64,000 bases of DNA, taken from assembly GCF_023055435.1 (NCBI RefSeq), contig NW_025963802.1:3472001-3536000 (forward strand), written 5' to 3'. The position numbers were made by a program, and so were the translations under genes. Of this stretch, positions 10,899 through 24,451 are shown in pieces (position 1 is the stretch's first letter; every line of letters starts with the position of its first letter). The notes below the pieces were generated by a model. The model saw nothing but the letters and a program-made list of their open reading frames with translations, was not told the DNA's origin and searched no databases. This DNA is from Haliotis rufescens. Its lineage: Eukaryota.

Positions 10899-12337
10899 CT
10901 AACCAGGTGCCCTCTCATATGCATCTACTCAAATATTCCCATTTTGACCCTAAACATAAATACAATAATTTAAAGCGGAGGCAATATAGAAAAACCCTAT
11001 TGATAAAAATACGGTAGGAAAACAGAAGCGAGGCTTCCAGTGATAAAATAAGTTACTAGTTTAGATATGAAATTGGCTAACATAATTGGCACCTTCTCTT
11101 GATTAAGCAGGTGAAATCAAGAACCACAATAAAACTCGCGATTTAGCCCAAGTCAGTGCTATGATTTAGCCCTGTTGTGTCTTCAAACATAGAACAGATA
11201 ACCATATAGTCTGTCTCCCCGATCCTAGAGAAAAGAAAAGGAATCCAACTCAAGTCTAGAATGATTTGGCAAGTCAGATCGTGTTAGCCTGAAGTTAAGC
11301 ATTGTTCTAGTCTCAATTTGAAATCTATTTTGTATTTTGTTGATATTTTATGTTAAATAAGATAGATTTATTTCTGGGACTAAATGTATCAATAACGGAA
11401 TGATACACTATACTGACGCGTCTCAAATACATTTAAAAAGATTCAGTATTGGTAAAACAACCAAAGAACGTTTTTATTGTTATGAAAACTGTTTAAACGC
11501 AATCGTAGTTAAATATGGAAGGGAGATTTTACGAACGATTCGATGCCCGTCAAACTGTCAAACGCGATATGTCATCGCCGTGTTAGTGGGTTGATGCACC
11601 TATCAAGACAATTTATGTCTTCTCTGTGTGAAAATAGCACTCGATCAATATCTCAGTCCGACAGCAGACGAAGAATTACGTTTGGTGCCACAGAGGGTGA
11701 TCGTGTTTCGAAGAGAATGGTGTCAAGATAATGTCAAATCCAACGTGACTCTACAGGGCAATGCAGTTAGCACACGTGCTGCGTTCTTGCAGCACATTCA
11801 AATTCTGTATTTGAAACCTGATATTCTTGGATATTTGGGCAATGCTTTAAAACAAAACGTAATTCATAGCATAGATCACAAACCGTTGATTTCCCTTATG
11901 GCTTGAAAACTCCTAATTGGAAGTGTGTCAAAACATCAATAACCAATTCTATGCGATAACGCGACAATGTCTCTTCTAGGATTCCATAGAATATATCCTG
12001 AAAAATATAATAATGGATCACTAGAATCCCCCGTGTACCTGTGTTCTTGGATGAAGTTTCTACGGCATTTAAAGAATTGATTTTAATCAGTTTTGAGTTT
12101 ACGGAAGTATAAGCTTAAAAATCGGTGTGCACACGCGTTGCGGAGTGATGCAAAGAGTGTGCACCGGTTTTTCCGTTGATAACTCCATCACGCCAGCACA
12201 TATTGAAGTCAGTTCTTAAAAATAGATACATCATTGCCTGCTTGATGATAGCGCTTAGTGGAGCTGATTGTTGTATAGCGACTCCTTTAAACAAATCCCT
12301 TGTGCGTAATTTCTTTAAAAAAACCGGCTGCTTTGAA

Positions 12338-12545
12338 CTTTCCGTTATGTGAGTATAATGTGGCAGGGAAGCCCGAAGTGACGCAGGTCTTAGACCTTTA
12401 CCATTTAGATGAAACCCACAAATACGGGTATTGTGCTGACAAACCTACAGACGTAATTAGGGCCAATCTGGGATTCAACCCCACGATCACAAGTCACACT
12501 CTACAGGGCGAATTCCCGTGCCTTAAACAATTGGGCCACCCGTGA
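12338..12545 (-). mobile_element. Degenerate SINE family A
   Basis: AAGCCCGAAGTGACGCAGGTCTTAGAC...GTGCTGACAAACCTA matches the family A body. Confidence 0.7.
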
Positions 12546-13377
12546 CTTCTCCTCCCATCTTGTTGGAGGAATTCAATGTTTAACAACCATTTCGACAAGT
12601 CAAAAGGGCCGCTCATACCCCCATCAAACACGATTAGAGGTGTCAATGTGTAGGATAAAACACGCCAGTATGTTTGAATGAGATTTGAAAGGATGTGGGA
12701 TTTCAAACCCCGGATGAGGCCTCCGAACTTTCATTTATCAAATCCCAGCGATTATATATATTTTATCCCGGATATATTTTGTAACATCCCCGTATATGAG
12801 ATTTCACCCATTGGAGAACATTAGGAGGATGTTACTGAAGCTGTGTGCCTTACAATGAATCCGATGTTATACCTGTTTAATCATATGAATTGCGGCAAAG
12901 CACAGTATTTACTAACTGTCCGGGATATTAAGCTATCATGATCTAGCATAGGTGAAGTATAGCATGCTGAGGTGACTGGGCTGGTCTAACGGCGCGTGGG
13001 GAACTTACACATTGCAACAGAGCCACCCTTGATACAAATCTAGCGCTAACCTTTCCTGTTCATAATTAAGCCGCTCTCTCCCAACAGAATAACTTTCCTG
13101 GGGTAATGGAGTATCTGACACGTGAATCGATTAAGGGATATAGTGATGAGGTTGATTATGCTATCAGATTCCTTCGGATGCCAGGATAAACAGGCGATAG
13201 ACTCGCTACAGGCAACACTCGATATTATCTTTTCTCATTGTGATAAATGAATCTAATCTACTCCATGTACAGGGTAATACCTCGACAGGTTAAATACCCA
13301 CGGAGTAACTAGAATGATTCATGGCCTCATTGCGTTGTTTCTTGTGTTTGTCACATGGAAGTGGACTAGAATTTGGC

Positions 13378-13381
<4 letters not shown>

Positions 13382-13428
<47 letters not shown>

Positions 13429-13927
13429 GTTAAGGTCTCATGTCTGTACAGCAATGTAAAATACAGAGTACACCTGCACGTACAAGAGCAACCCATGAAG
13501 TACACATAGGGACTACAACAACGGAAACACGAGGGAAGTGAATATATGATCACTATGATCTTGAAACCGTGAAAATAAATGGTCCCTTTGTGCCCTCTCA
13601 ATATGCAAATGAGTTGAAATTTAGGCTTCATTGTGGGTACAGAAACGGTAGCGTTCAGACGTGAAATTGAAAATTAGAATCTGGATCGGTGTTATGTAGC
13701 CGTATCATGCGATGACTTATCCAGGTTCAAATAATTGCAATGAATAATTTACCTATTATCTGCTGAGTTTTCAAGATTAAAAAAAACAGCACCTAAATTA
13801 ACTGTAATGATTCGATCTTGTGTGCTTTCTCCAATCAAAGATGTTAACCTTGAAAGTCGACCAAGAGTAGAGTACGTGCGGAACGACGTCATCTGTTTGC
13901 TGAAGTCAGCAGGCAACCCTCGTCTGC
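13382..13927 (-). repeat. Inverted copy of the 3184-3710 element, with a (GA)n end
   Basis: Reverse complement of GCAGACGAGGGTTGCCTGCTGAC...GAGACCTTAA.AAGTCTCTCTC. Confidence 0.85.
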
Positions 13928-14126
13928 CGCATAAGGAGATAAGGGGAAGGGAGTTTCCCAATTTGGGAGCCTGGGTTTCAGGAGAACAACATCGAGTCTT
14001 GTTTTTCCAAGGCAGAGATGAAGGAGATGGCACGTGTCCTTCCCGCGAGAGTGTGAGTGGATGTGGGGAGGAAACGTACCACTGCACAACAAGATGCATA
14101 GCAGTTCATGGACATTCACAAAGTGG

Positions 14127-14350
14127 AGACCGCACCGTGGTGTAGTGGACAGATCATCCCGCAGAGAGGAAGATTCGTGGTTCAAACCCCTGACCGCGTC
14201 ATTCCAAAATACGATCAAACACGTTCATAGATTGCACTTGTTGTTACCCTGCCTGGCGAATAAAGGGAATAACACAGGTACTGGTCGGCTTCGGAGTCAG
14301 TATTGTGTATCTTAGTGGCATCCGTATCACCTGCGGCATTGCATCTTAGA
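14127..14350 (+). mobile_element. Degenerate SINE family D
   Basis: GACCGCACCGTGGTGTAGTGG...GGTTCAAACCCC.GACCGCGTCATTCC...TTGTTGTTACCCTGCCTGGCG. Confidence 0.7.
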
Positions 14351-14559
14351 TAACTGAATGAAAAAAACAATTCCATCTGATCTAGCAGATAATCGAGACT
14401 GCATATATTTAAATTGTATACTAATAATTTCAAAATGCCTACCGATGGGATATTTTCCAAGTCCAGTTAGAATCTTGTTTAAAGCAGCTTTTTCATGATT
14501 ACCTGTAAAAGTCGAGTCTGGGCCAAGAAAACCAGCGACTAAAAGTCTGAACAACGTCC

Positions 14560-16740
14560 CAAGGCACCTAATCATTGTCCGGTTTTAATAGAATTATATT
14601 GATCACATGGTCTTCCCATGATGCATGGTTGCTGTAGATCGGAGTCTCTTGGTGGCATGACCTTCTTTGCTGATGATGGCACAAGTTTAGCAGACTATTG
14701 CTTATGTTCTTCAGAATTGTTTGATTGAGAGAATGACTTTCACGTTGATTCGCGCTGTGAATCTGACCACTTGCCTATCGTGTTAAATCACATAAATAAT
14801 GCAGTACAGTCTATAATTATGTATAAATGGAAAGAGAAAATGAACAACGAATTTATGAAACTGTTGCAATCAGCATATTCAGCGTATAGTTTAGAAGCCT
14901 TCAGAGACGACTTATTGTGATTGTGGATACTGCTGTCGACAGGCTAACTTCATGTTTAAATCAGTGTCCCGACAAGTATCAGTGTGGTATGCGGAGAATA
15001 GACAGTTTTGACTCTATAAACCAATCAGTGGAACGGGTAGGACGAGCAGTGTTAATACTTTAAACAGCTTAAATATTTCAACTAAGATCGTTTTCGATCT
15101 ACTGGCCAAATGGTTTTTTTGGACAGAATTCCCACGTTTAAGAATTCTTATCGTCATTTGTGTCGCCTTAAGAAGGAAATGTAGGAAGAAGATATGGTAA
15201 ATACATTATCGCAGAACTGAAGTAGTTCCAAATCATTCTGGAATCAAATTAAACAGCTCGCTAAACGTAAAACCCTTTGCACAAATTCTATATCAGCTGC
15301 AGAATGGGTGTTGTATTTTGAGTCGGTTTTGAATACCGATGATTACGATATTGACGAGCATCACATTGGAGAGGCGGATCAGTATTTACAAGATCATGAC
15401 GAGGACAATTGCTATGTGTGTATGGACGATGATGTCAATAGTATTATTAACTGTAAATATCTAACATTGAAGAAGCTATTCTGATAATCTGAGAGGGGGA
15501 AAACGCCAATACCGATCCAGCCACACCAGAGATAATTAAGTGTTGTACAGCAGGACGTTTTCTCGATGTGTTATTTAATTTAATTCTGAATGGTGGAAAT
15601 GTTTCTGTGGAATGGGCGAAGGGATTACCTTTGCCATTAAACAAGAAAGGCCAGTGTTTAGAACAAAAGTATCTGGCTAAGAGTAATGGTAGAGTCTATT
15701 TATTTTAGAATTCAGAGAAGCATTTGACTCTGGAAATTGAACATTGTTTTGGTATACCATATTGGAGAAAGGCATTCATTGCAAAATATTTCATGTTTTA
15801 TTGAACATGTATTCTGAGCTAACAAATGATGTAAACCTCTCAAATAATTCATTTCCTCATTACTTTGTTACTCTTAGTGGCGTAAACCAGGGCTCTGTTA
15901 TTAGTCCTTTATTATTCTCACACTTGTCGTAGAGTTGGAAGCAATGTTACATGAATCTAATGTTATATGGTATTGTTGTAGGTGAAGAATTACTAGATAT
16001 ATTGGTATTGCTATATGCAGATGACATTTGCCTGTTTGATGACACTGTTATTGGTTTACAAAGAAAAGTCAATGTTCTCAAAGGATATAGTATTAAATTG
16101 GGATTACATGTTAATTTAGATAAGACAGAAAGTTTTTCGGAATGGCGGTACACGTAGGAGCACTGAAGAAAATATGTATGTAAATGAACATGTAAAAATA
16201 TCTACGCATTATAATTATTCTGGGCTGCTGTTGTCAAATATGTTGTGTTGGTCTAAAGGAAGAAATATTCATAAATCTAAAACACGTTTAGTTCCTGTTA
16301 GACAGTTACTGTACAAGTTCAAGAATATTTCATCATCTGTTATATTTAAAATATTTGATACCCCGATTTAACCAATATTACACTTGTGAGTGAGTGGGTT
16401 GGGTTTTAACGCCACTTTTAACAATATTCCAATTATATCGCGGCGTGTCAGCTTAATGTGGGAGGAAAGCCCGAAGTGATGCAGGTCTCAGACGTTTACC
16501 ACTTCGGTGAAACCCACGAGCACGGGTATGGTGCTAAAAAACCTAGAAACATAATCGGGGCGAACCGGGATTCGAACCCACAATCATAGGTTTCTGGCGT
16601 GCCAAAGGAACGCAACTCTGCACAGCGAATCACGGCGCCTTAGACGACTGGGTCACCCGTGCCCCCTATTACACGTGTGAAGTGTGGGGACATTCTAAAT
16701 TTGAAAATGTCGAGCGTTTCAAAAAACGTTTTTAAGTAAC
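14560..16740 (+). mobile_element. Decayed APE-RT non-LTR retrotransposon (RTEX/CR1-L2 group), ORF2 remnants
   Basis: Motifs ESDHLPI (end of APE), FREAFDS, GVNQGSVISPLLF, LLYADDICL..LQRKVNVL...LHVNLDKT and PILH/TCEVWG. Many stops and frameshifts. Confidence 0.85.
16390..16666 (-). mobile_element. SINE family A inserted in the LINE, 14-bp TSD
   Basis: TSD TATTACAC(T/G)TGTGA at 16376-16389 and 16667-16680. Removing it rejoins PILH-TCEVWG. Confidence 0.9.
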
Positions 16741-16939
16741 GTTTTTGACAATTACAAGAGACGTACTAGTATTACACATTGGCTGAAATTGTTGCCAATA
16801 GCTAACAACTGGCACCCAAAGCAATGTTATCTTTCATGTCGATCTTTAGATCACTGCAATTAGGTAACGTGGGTTTCAAATGTACTAAGATTCCTGTTCA
16901 CTATTGAAGATATTGTCTTGTATGGACGACACAAGAAGA

Positions 16940-17092
16940 TGTCCTTGTTTTAGCCCCTTAATGCCGAGCGCCAGACAGGGTAACAACAAGTACCATATTT
17001 TAACGTATGTTGGTATGACGCGGCCGGGGATCGAACCCTGGACCTTCCGCTCTCCGGGCGGACACTCTACCACTAGACCACGGAGGCGGTCT
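16940..17092 (-). mobile_element. SINE family D, 5' portion
   Basis: Head GACCGCCTCCGTGGTCTAGTGGTAGAG...GGGTTCGATCCCCGGCCGCGTCA. Confidence 0.85.
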
Positions 17093-17191
17093 ATGATTTT
17101 ATAAAGAATATCATTAACTTCTAGCTTTTGTGTAATATATATATATATATACATTCACGGTTCGTTCATATGGACAACTTCTATTTATAAA

Positions 17192-17690
17192 GGTGAAGGT
17201 AAAGTGGGGTTTAACGTCGCGTCCAAGATTATTGCNNNNNNNNNNNNNNNNNNNNNNNNNNNNNNNNNNNNNNNNNNNNNNNNNNNNNNNNNNNNNNNNN
17301 NNNNNNNNNNNNNNNNNNNNNNNNNNNNNNNNNNNNNNNNNNNNNNNNNNNNNNNNNNNNNNNNNNNNNNNNNNNNNNNNNNNNNNNNNNNNNNNNNNNN
17401 NNNNNNNNNNNNNNNNNNNNNNNNNNNNNNNNNNNNNNNNNNNNNNNNNNNNTGCCGATTTTATAGTGCTGCGATACCATGCCGCAGTTTAACATGACAC
17501 ATTATACTCAGACACATTATACAGACTCCGAGCCGTCAGTCCTTGTTTCAGCCCCTCGATGCCGAGCGCCAGACAGGGTAACAACAACTACCATCTTTTA
17601 ACGTCTGTTGGTATGACGCGGCCGGGGATCGTACCCCGGACCTTCCGCTCTCCGGGTGAACGCTCTACCACTTAACCATGGAGGCGGTCT
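17192..17690 (-). mobile_element. SINE family D spanning an N-gap
   Basis: Head at about 17620-17690, body at 17453-17620, tail AATAATCTTGGACGCGACGTTAAACCCCAC at 17192-17235. Confidence 0.8.
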
Positions 17691-18269
17691 CTATTTATTA
17701 AGAATTGGGGAGCTTCCACTAATGATACATGATGGATGACGAGCTGGTGTTGAATCGAATTGTGTATCCTCGGAATATTTAAAGATGAGTACCAGTTTAT
17801 ATTAGTCCGCCATATTTCACTGCCTTAAGATAAAATATATATACCCAAATTATTATTAGAATACCACTAACGTGAGTAAATTCAATAAGTTATTATTTTG
17901 TAATAAGAATATTCTATTGAACTGTAGAAACTGTTTAATGACATATTGTGAGAGAAGCTCTTGTATTAAGAAATGTCCGTATGTAAAATCAACATACCCA
18001 TCTATTACCGAAAAATGAATCTTGCTGAAATTATGTACATCCATGGCTATAGGCTTTTTCCCGAATAAAGATTTATAATGGCGCATATCGCGACGGGGAA
18101 CATCAAATGAGGACGACATAACGTCCGTCATCACAAGCCTGCATCTCGACTATTGGTTGATGAAGCACGAAATGAAGCGTTTCAATTAACGCCATCTGTG
18201 GCATTTATGCAATTATTTGCCTGACAAAACCTTTCTATAGTTGTATAGATATGTGTGATAAAATAAAGT

Positions 18270-21200
18270 AGCGATGTTCAGATGTAGGCCAATAGCGATG
18301 TTCAGGGGTAGGCATATGGTAATGTATAGGTGTAGGCATATAGTGATGTACAGGTGTAGTTGGCCTATAATGATGTACAGGTGTAGGCATATGGTGATGT
18401 ACAGGTGTAGTAGGCCTATAGTGATGTACAGGTGTAGGCCTAAAGCGATGTACAGATGTAGGCCAATACCGATGTACAGGTGTAGGTCTATAGCGATGTA
18501 CAGATGTAGGCCAATACCGATGTACAGGTGTAGGCATATAGTGATGTACAGGTGTAGGCCAATACCGATGTACAGGTGTAGGCTAATGCCGATGTACAGG
18601 TGTAGGCATATAGTGATGTACAGGTGTAGGCATAGAGTGATGTACAGGTGTAGGATTACAGCGATGTACAGGTGTAGGCATATAGTGATGTACAGGTGTA
18701 GGCATAGAGTGATGTACAGGTGTAGGATTACAGCGATGTACAGGTGTAGGCATATAGTGATGTACAGGTGTAGGCCAATACCGATGTACAGGTGTAGGCA
18801 TATAGTGATGTACAGGTGTAGTCCAATACCGATGTACAGGTGTAGGCCAATACCGATGAACAGGTGTAGGCATATAGTGATGTACAGGTGTAGGCATATA
18901 GTGATGTACAGGTGTAGGCCAATACCGATGTACAGGTATAGGCATTTAGTGATGTACAGGTGTAGGCGTATAGTGATGTACAAGTGTAGGCATATAGTGA
19001 TGTACAGGTGTAGGCATAGAGTGATGTACAGGTGTAGGCCAATACCGATGTACAGGTGTAGGCATATAATGGTGTCCAGGTGTAGGCGTATATTGATGTA
19101 CAGGTGTAGGCATATAGTGATGTACAGGTGTAGGCATATAGTGATGTACATGTGTAGGCATATAGTGATGTACAGGTGTAGGCATATAGTGATGTACAGG
19201 TGTAGGCATATAGTGATGTACAGGTGTAGGCCAATACCGATGTACAGGTGTAGGCATATAGTGATGTACAGGTGTAGGCGTATAGTGGTGTACAGGTGTA
19301 GGCATATAGTGATGTACAGGTGTAGGCATATAGTGATGTACAGGTGTAGGCCAATACCGATGTACAGGTGTAGGCATATAGTGATGAACAGGTGTAGGCG
19401 TATAGTAATGTACAGGTGTAGGCATATAGTGATGTACAGGTGTAGGCCAATACCGATGTACAGGTGTAGGCCTAAAGCGATGTACAGATGTAGGCATATA
19501 GTGATGTACAGGTGTAGGCCAATACCGATGTACAGGTGTAGGCCTAAAGCGATGTACAGATGTAGGCATATAGTGATGTACAGGTGTAGGCATATAATGA
19601 TGTCCAGGTGTAGGCGTATAGTGATGTACAGGTGTAGGCATATAGTGATGTACAGATGTAGGCGTATGGTGATGTACAGGTGTTGGCCTTTAGCGATGAA
19701 CAGATGTAGGCATATAGTGACGTACAGGTGTAGGCATATAGTGATGTACAGGTGTTGGCCTTTAGCGATGTACATGTTTCGGCATATAGCAAAGTACAGA
19801 TGTAGGCTTATGGTGATGTACAGATGTGGACATACAGCAATGTACAGATGTGGACATACAGCAATGTACAGATGTAGACATATAGCAATGTACAGATGTA
19901 GACATACAGCAATGTACAGATGTAGACTGATGGTGATGTACAGATGTGCACATACAGCAATGTACAGATGCAGACATATAGCAATGTACAGATGTGGACA
20001 TACAGCAATGTACAGATGTAGACATATAGCGATGTACAGATGAAGACATATAGCAATGTACAGATGTAGGCTTATGGTGATGTACAGGTGTGCACATACA
20101 TCAATGTACAGATGTAGACATATAGCGATGTACAGATGAAGACATATAGCGATGTACAGATGAAGACATATAGCAATGTACAGATGCAGACATACAGCAA
20201 TGTACAGATGTAGACATATAGCGATGTACAGATGAAGACATATAGCAATGTACAGATGTAGGGTTATTGGGATGTACAGATGTAGACATATAGCGATGTA
20301 CAGATACAGCAATGTACAGATGTAGGGTTGTTGTGATGTACAGATGTAGCAATGTACAGATGTAGGGTTGTTGCGATGTACAGATGTAGGGTTGTTGTGA
20401 TGTACAGATGTAGCAATGTACAGATGCAGGGTTGTTGTGATGTACAGATGTAGGGTTGTTGTGATGTACAGATGTAGGGTTGTTGTGATGTACAGATGTA
20501 GGGTTGTTGTGATGTACAGATGTAGGGTTGTTGTGATGTACAGATGTAGCAATGTACAGATGCAGGGTTGTTGTGATGTACAGATGTAGGGTTGTTGTGA
20601 TGTACAGATGTAGGGTTGTTGTGATGTACAGATGTAGCAATGTACAGATGCAGGGTTGTTGTGATGTACAGATGTAGCAATGTACAGATGCAGGGTTGTT
20701 GTGATGTACAGATGCAGGGTTGTTGTGATGTACAGATGTAGCAATGTACAGATGCAGGGTTGTTGTGATGTACAGATGTAGGGTTGTTGTGATGTACAGA
20801 TGTAGGGTTGTTGTGATGTACAGATGCAGGGTTGTTGTGATGTACAGATGTAGCAATGTACAGATGCAGGGTTGTTGTGATGTACAGATGTAGGGTTGTT
20901 GTGATGTACAGATGTAGGGTTGTTGTGATGTACAAATATAGCAATGTACAGATGCAGGGTTGTTGTGATGTACAGATGTAGCAATGTACAGATGTAGGGT
21001 TGTTGTGATGTACAGATGTAGCAATGTACAGATGCAGGGTTGTTGTGATGTACAGATGTAGCAATGTACAGATGCAGGGTTGTTGTGATGTACAGATGTA
21101 GGGTTGTTGTGATGTACAGATGTAGGTTTGTTGTGATGTACAAATATAGCAATGTACAGATGCAGGGTTGTTGTGATGTACAGATGTAGCAATGTACAGA

Positions 21201-22405
21201 TGTAGGGTTGTTGTGATGTACAGATGTAGGGTTGTTGTGATGTACAGATGCAGGGTTGTTGTGATGTACAAATATAGCAATGTACAGATGCAGGGTTGTT
21301 GTGATGTACAGATGTAGGGTTGTTGTGATGTACAGATGTAGCAATGTACAGATGCAGGGTTGTTGTGATGTACAGATGTAGCAATGTACAGATGCAGGGT
21401 TGTTGTGATGTACAGATGCAGGGTTGTTGTGATGTACAGATGCAGGGTTGTTGTGATGTACAGATGTAGCAATGTACAGATGCAGGGTTGTTGTGATGTA
21501 CAGATGTAGCAATGTACAGATGCAGGGTTGTTGTGATGTACAGATGCAGGGTTGTTGTGATGTACAGATGCAGGGTTGTTGTGATGTACAGATGCAGGGT
21601 TGTTGTGATGTACAGATGCAGGGTTGTTGTGATGTACAGATGCAGGGTTGTTGTGATGTACAAATATAGCAATGTACAGATGCAGGGTTGTTGTGATGTA
21701 CAGATGTAGCAATGTACAGATGCAGGGTTGTTGTGATGTACAGATGTAGCAATGTACAGATGCAGGGTTGTTGTGATGTACAGATGCAGGGTTGTTGTGA
21801 TGTACAGATGTAGGGTTGTTGTGATGTACAGATGCAGGGTTGTTGTGATGTACAGATGTAGGGTTGTTGTGATGTACAGATGTAGCAATGTACAGATGCA
21901 GGGTTGTTGTGATGTACAGATGTAGCAATGTACAGATGCAGGGTTGTTGTGATGTACAGATGTAGGGTTGTTGTGATGTACAGATGCAGGGTTGTTGTGA
22001 TGTACAGATGCAGGGTTGTTGTGATGTACAGATGTAGCAATGTACAGATGTAGGGTTGTTGTGATGTACAGATGTAGCAATGTACAGATGCAGGGTTGTT
22101 GTGATGTACAGATGTAGCAATGTACAGATGCAGGGTTGTTGTGATGTACAGATGTAGCAATGTACAGATGCAGGGTTGTTGTGATGTACAGATGTAGGGT
22201 TGTTGTGATGTACAGATGCAGGGTTGTTGTGATGTACAGATGTAGGGTTGTTGTGATGTACAAATATAGCAATGTACAGATGCAGACATATAGCGATGTA
22301 CAGATGCAGGGTTGTTGTGATGTAGACATATAGCGATGTACAGATGTAGGGTTGTTGTGATGTACAGATATAGCAATGTACAGATGCAGAGTTGTTGGGA
22401 TGTGT
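18270..22405. repeat. 4.1 kb intronic minisatellite of 24-bp and 16-bp units
   Basis: Left domain GATGTACAGGTGTAGG plus a variable 8-mer. Right domain ATGTACAGATG(C/T)AGGGTTGTTGTG mixed with a 16-bp ATGTACAGATGTAGCA unit. Confidence 0.97.
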
Positions 22406-22609
22406 ACATGTAACGAGGTACTGTGAGGTGTGGGCTTGAGGTATGATGCAGCCCTGAGGTCAAGTAAGGAATGGTGTTTTCCATCTGAGGTATAGTTTGT
22501 GTTTACAGTACTTATTAGGTGCTTGTTTTACAATACATCCATTTCAGAAGCCCTTTGCAGATATATATATATGTATATGGTCTCTACCAACTGTTATACA
22601 AACGTTGCT

Positions 22610-22858
22610 TTCTAAATGCACACGTTGCGGTGCAAAGTTACGTCCCTTACAAAGCGAGGATCCGCTCATCGCATGTTCTGTTCCCAGATTCACCCTGATT
22701 ATGATCCTCGGCCTGTCATCATATCTTTTCTCGGTGGTGTCACGACAGTGGTCAACGTCTACGACCTGCGTCATGTGGCTTCCTCCAACATTAGGTTGAA
22801 GCGCCGTGCTTTAACTAAAAGCTTTCCAAATGGCGTTTAACCCTAATTGACTCGCTCG
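22610..22858 (+). mobile_element. Old, degenerate family-A-related SINE
   Basis: CCAGATTCACCCTGATTATG...GGTCAACGTCTACGACCTGCGTCA..GGCTTCCTCCAACATT..GGCGTTTAACCC..ACTCGCTC. Confidence 0.55.
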
Positions 22859-24451
22859 CCGTCTGAAAGGCTGTATGTGCGTGCCCACTACAAATCGCTT
22901 CTGTCTACAAAATTGCCATATTTTGACCACTAATCGCATTGCTGCACGTCGGTTACATTTCTATTTTCAGACAATGCGACAATGTCCCTTTTTGGAGACC
23001 ATATAAACGTTATCATGAGAAAATGTAAAGCGCGACCTATAGAAAGCGAGGCCATTGTACTGTCACACAAGGCCATACATCACCCTGCTCGTCTATTACC
23101 AAACGCCATCTTTCCCAATTATCATTTTCATAACCGGATGTTCTCGAGGTTTACTTTACTGTCTGGTGCTTTCAGTGCTGAATGTACGTCCATTCAGGTC
23201 CAGCCTACTCTGACGTTGCCCGGTCTTCCGACTCCGAGTTAATTAACTTATAAGAAGACTGGCACCAGCCTGGGTTAATATCTTTATATTGGACAATGAC
23301 GAATATTGAGCTTCCGCCCCCTCCTCCCATACGTGATTCTTTCAATAAGGGGACCTGACAGAAATTATATTTGTCCAATTTCTTGACCTCAATTGTCAAA
23401 CGCTGCCACGATAAGGACAATTGAATAAACCAACACCAAGAAAGGTCCCCGATAGCCAAAGGGTAGATGTAGATGGCTTAACTGTTGCAGAGTTGTGATT
23501 GGAAACGCATATATTTGATGGTCTACTTTAGGGATGTCAATTTGGTCTCCGTTATCAAATAACACCCAGCCTTTATGGCCTGTTAGTCTGGTGTAGCGGT
23601 TATCTCCCTTGCTGTCGGTTCCGGCCTGAGCTGTGCCAGTAGGAGCTCTCCTCTTGTATAGACAGGTCGAATACAAGGATTATTTTAAAGAACTCCTTAT
23701 CAAAATATGTTTTATAAATAATTATTTACTGTTTGCAATTGACAACGTTATATAATTTATTAAAAATAACTTGAATTTAGTGTTTTTTCTTCCCACATAT
23801 ATAGACGTGCATTGTTATTAAGCTTAGGTGTGAATCATATGCAAGCACGCCAACAAGAATATTATAGCTATCTTCAATGATATTGAGTCAGTGAAAATCC
23901 CGAAGGCACTCTAAAAATGAAAATAGCATTAACAGGGATATTGTAGTCAAACATGTAGAATTTTGAATCACATTTGACATTCCATTAGCAAAGCCATAAC
24001 ATTAAATGTCCAATGTCATCTTTAGCAGACTCATGCTGTCTGAAATACGTCAAAGAATGTGCATTAAGCAATTATAATAAATAACATCCCTTGTCAACCA
24101 AACATGTAATCTCGTTTGTTTTTTTTTTTAGGTGTCAGTGAATTCTGTTAAATACAATCTTTGCTTTCGGGCGGAAAATTAAATGGTCGCTCCCTTCTAC
24201 TAATGCATATCGTACGCCCCGAATGTGCAATATTACATAATTACATAGTATCTTCAACAAAACGTGTTTTTTTTATGAATTTGTAATATGAGATACGCAA
24301 GCCGGATTCAAACCATACGCAGCAGTTCAACCAGAAAAGGAGGGTGTGTGCACGGATTTTATCAATATCCCAGTTACCCCCGCAGGAAACACCGACATCG
24401 GGCTCAACAAATTGTACCCATATCGAACCATGCACAGGCTTTTACCATCAG

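Noticed and set aside
10970-12317. Possible TTAA-flanked (Kolobok/piggyBac-like) non-autonomous element
   Set aside because: The candidate termini match only loosely and there is no second copy in the window.
17017-17092. tRNA-like cloverleafs (also 44572-44645 and 35925-36030)
   Set aside because: They are SINE heads: they continue into shared SINE bodies and tails, have imperfect acceptor stems and are multi-copy, some with TSDs.
18270-19790. Constant core plus variable segment resembling repeat-spacer organisation
   Set aside because: The variable parts are only 8 nt and are a few recurring, related alleles.
18213-22484. 1423-, 742-, 618- and 589-aa His/Cys/Arg-rich ORFs
   Set aside because: Produced by stop-free 24/16-bp tandem units in all frames, inside an intron.
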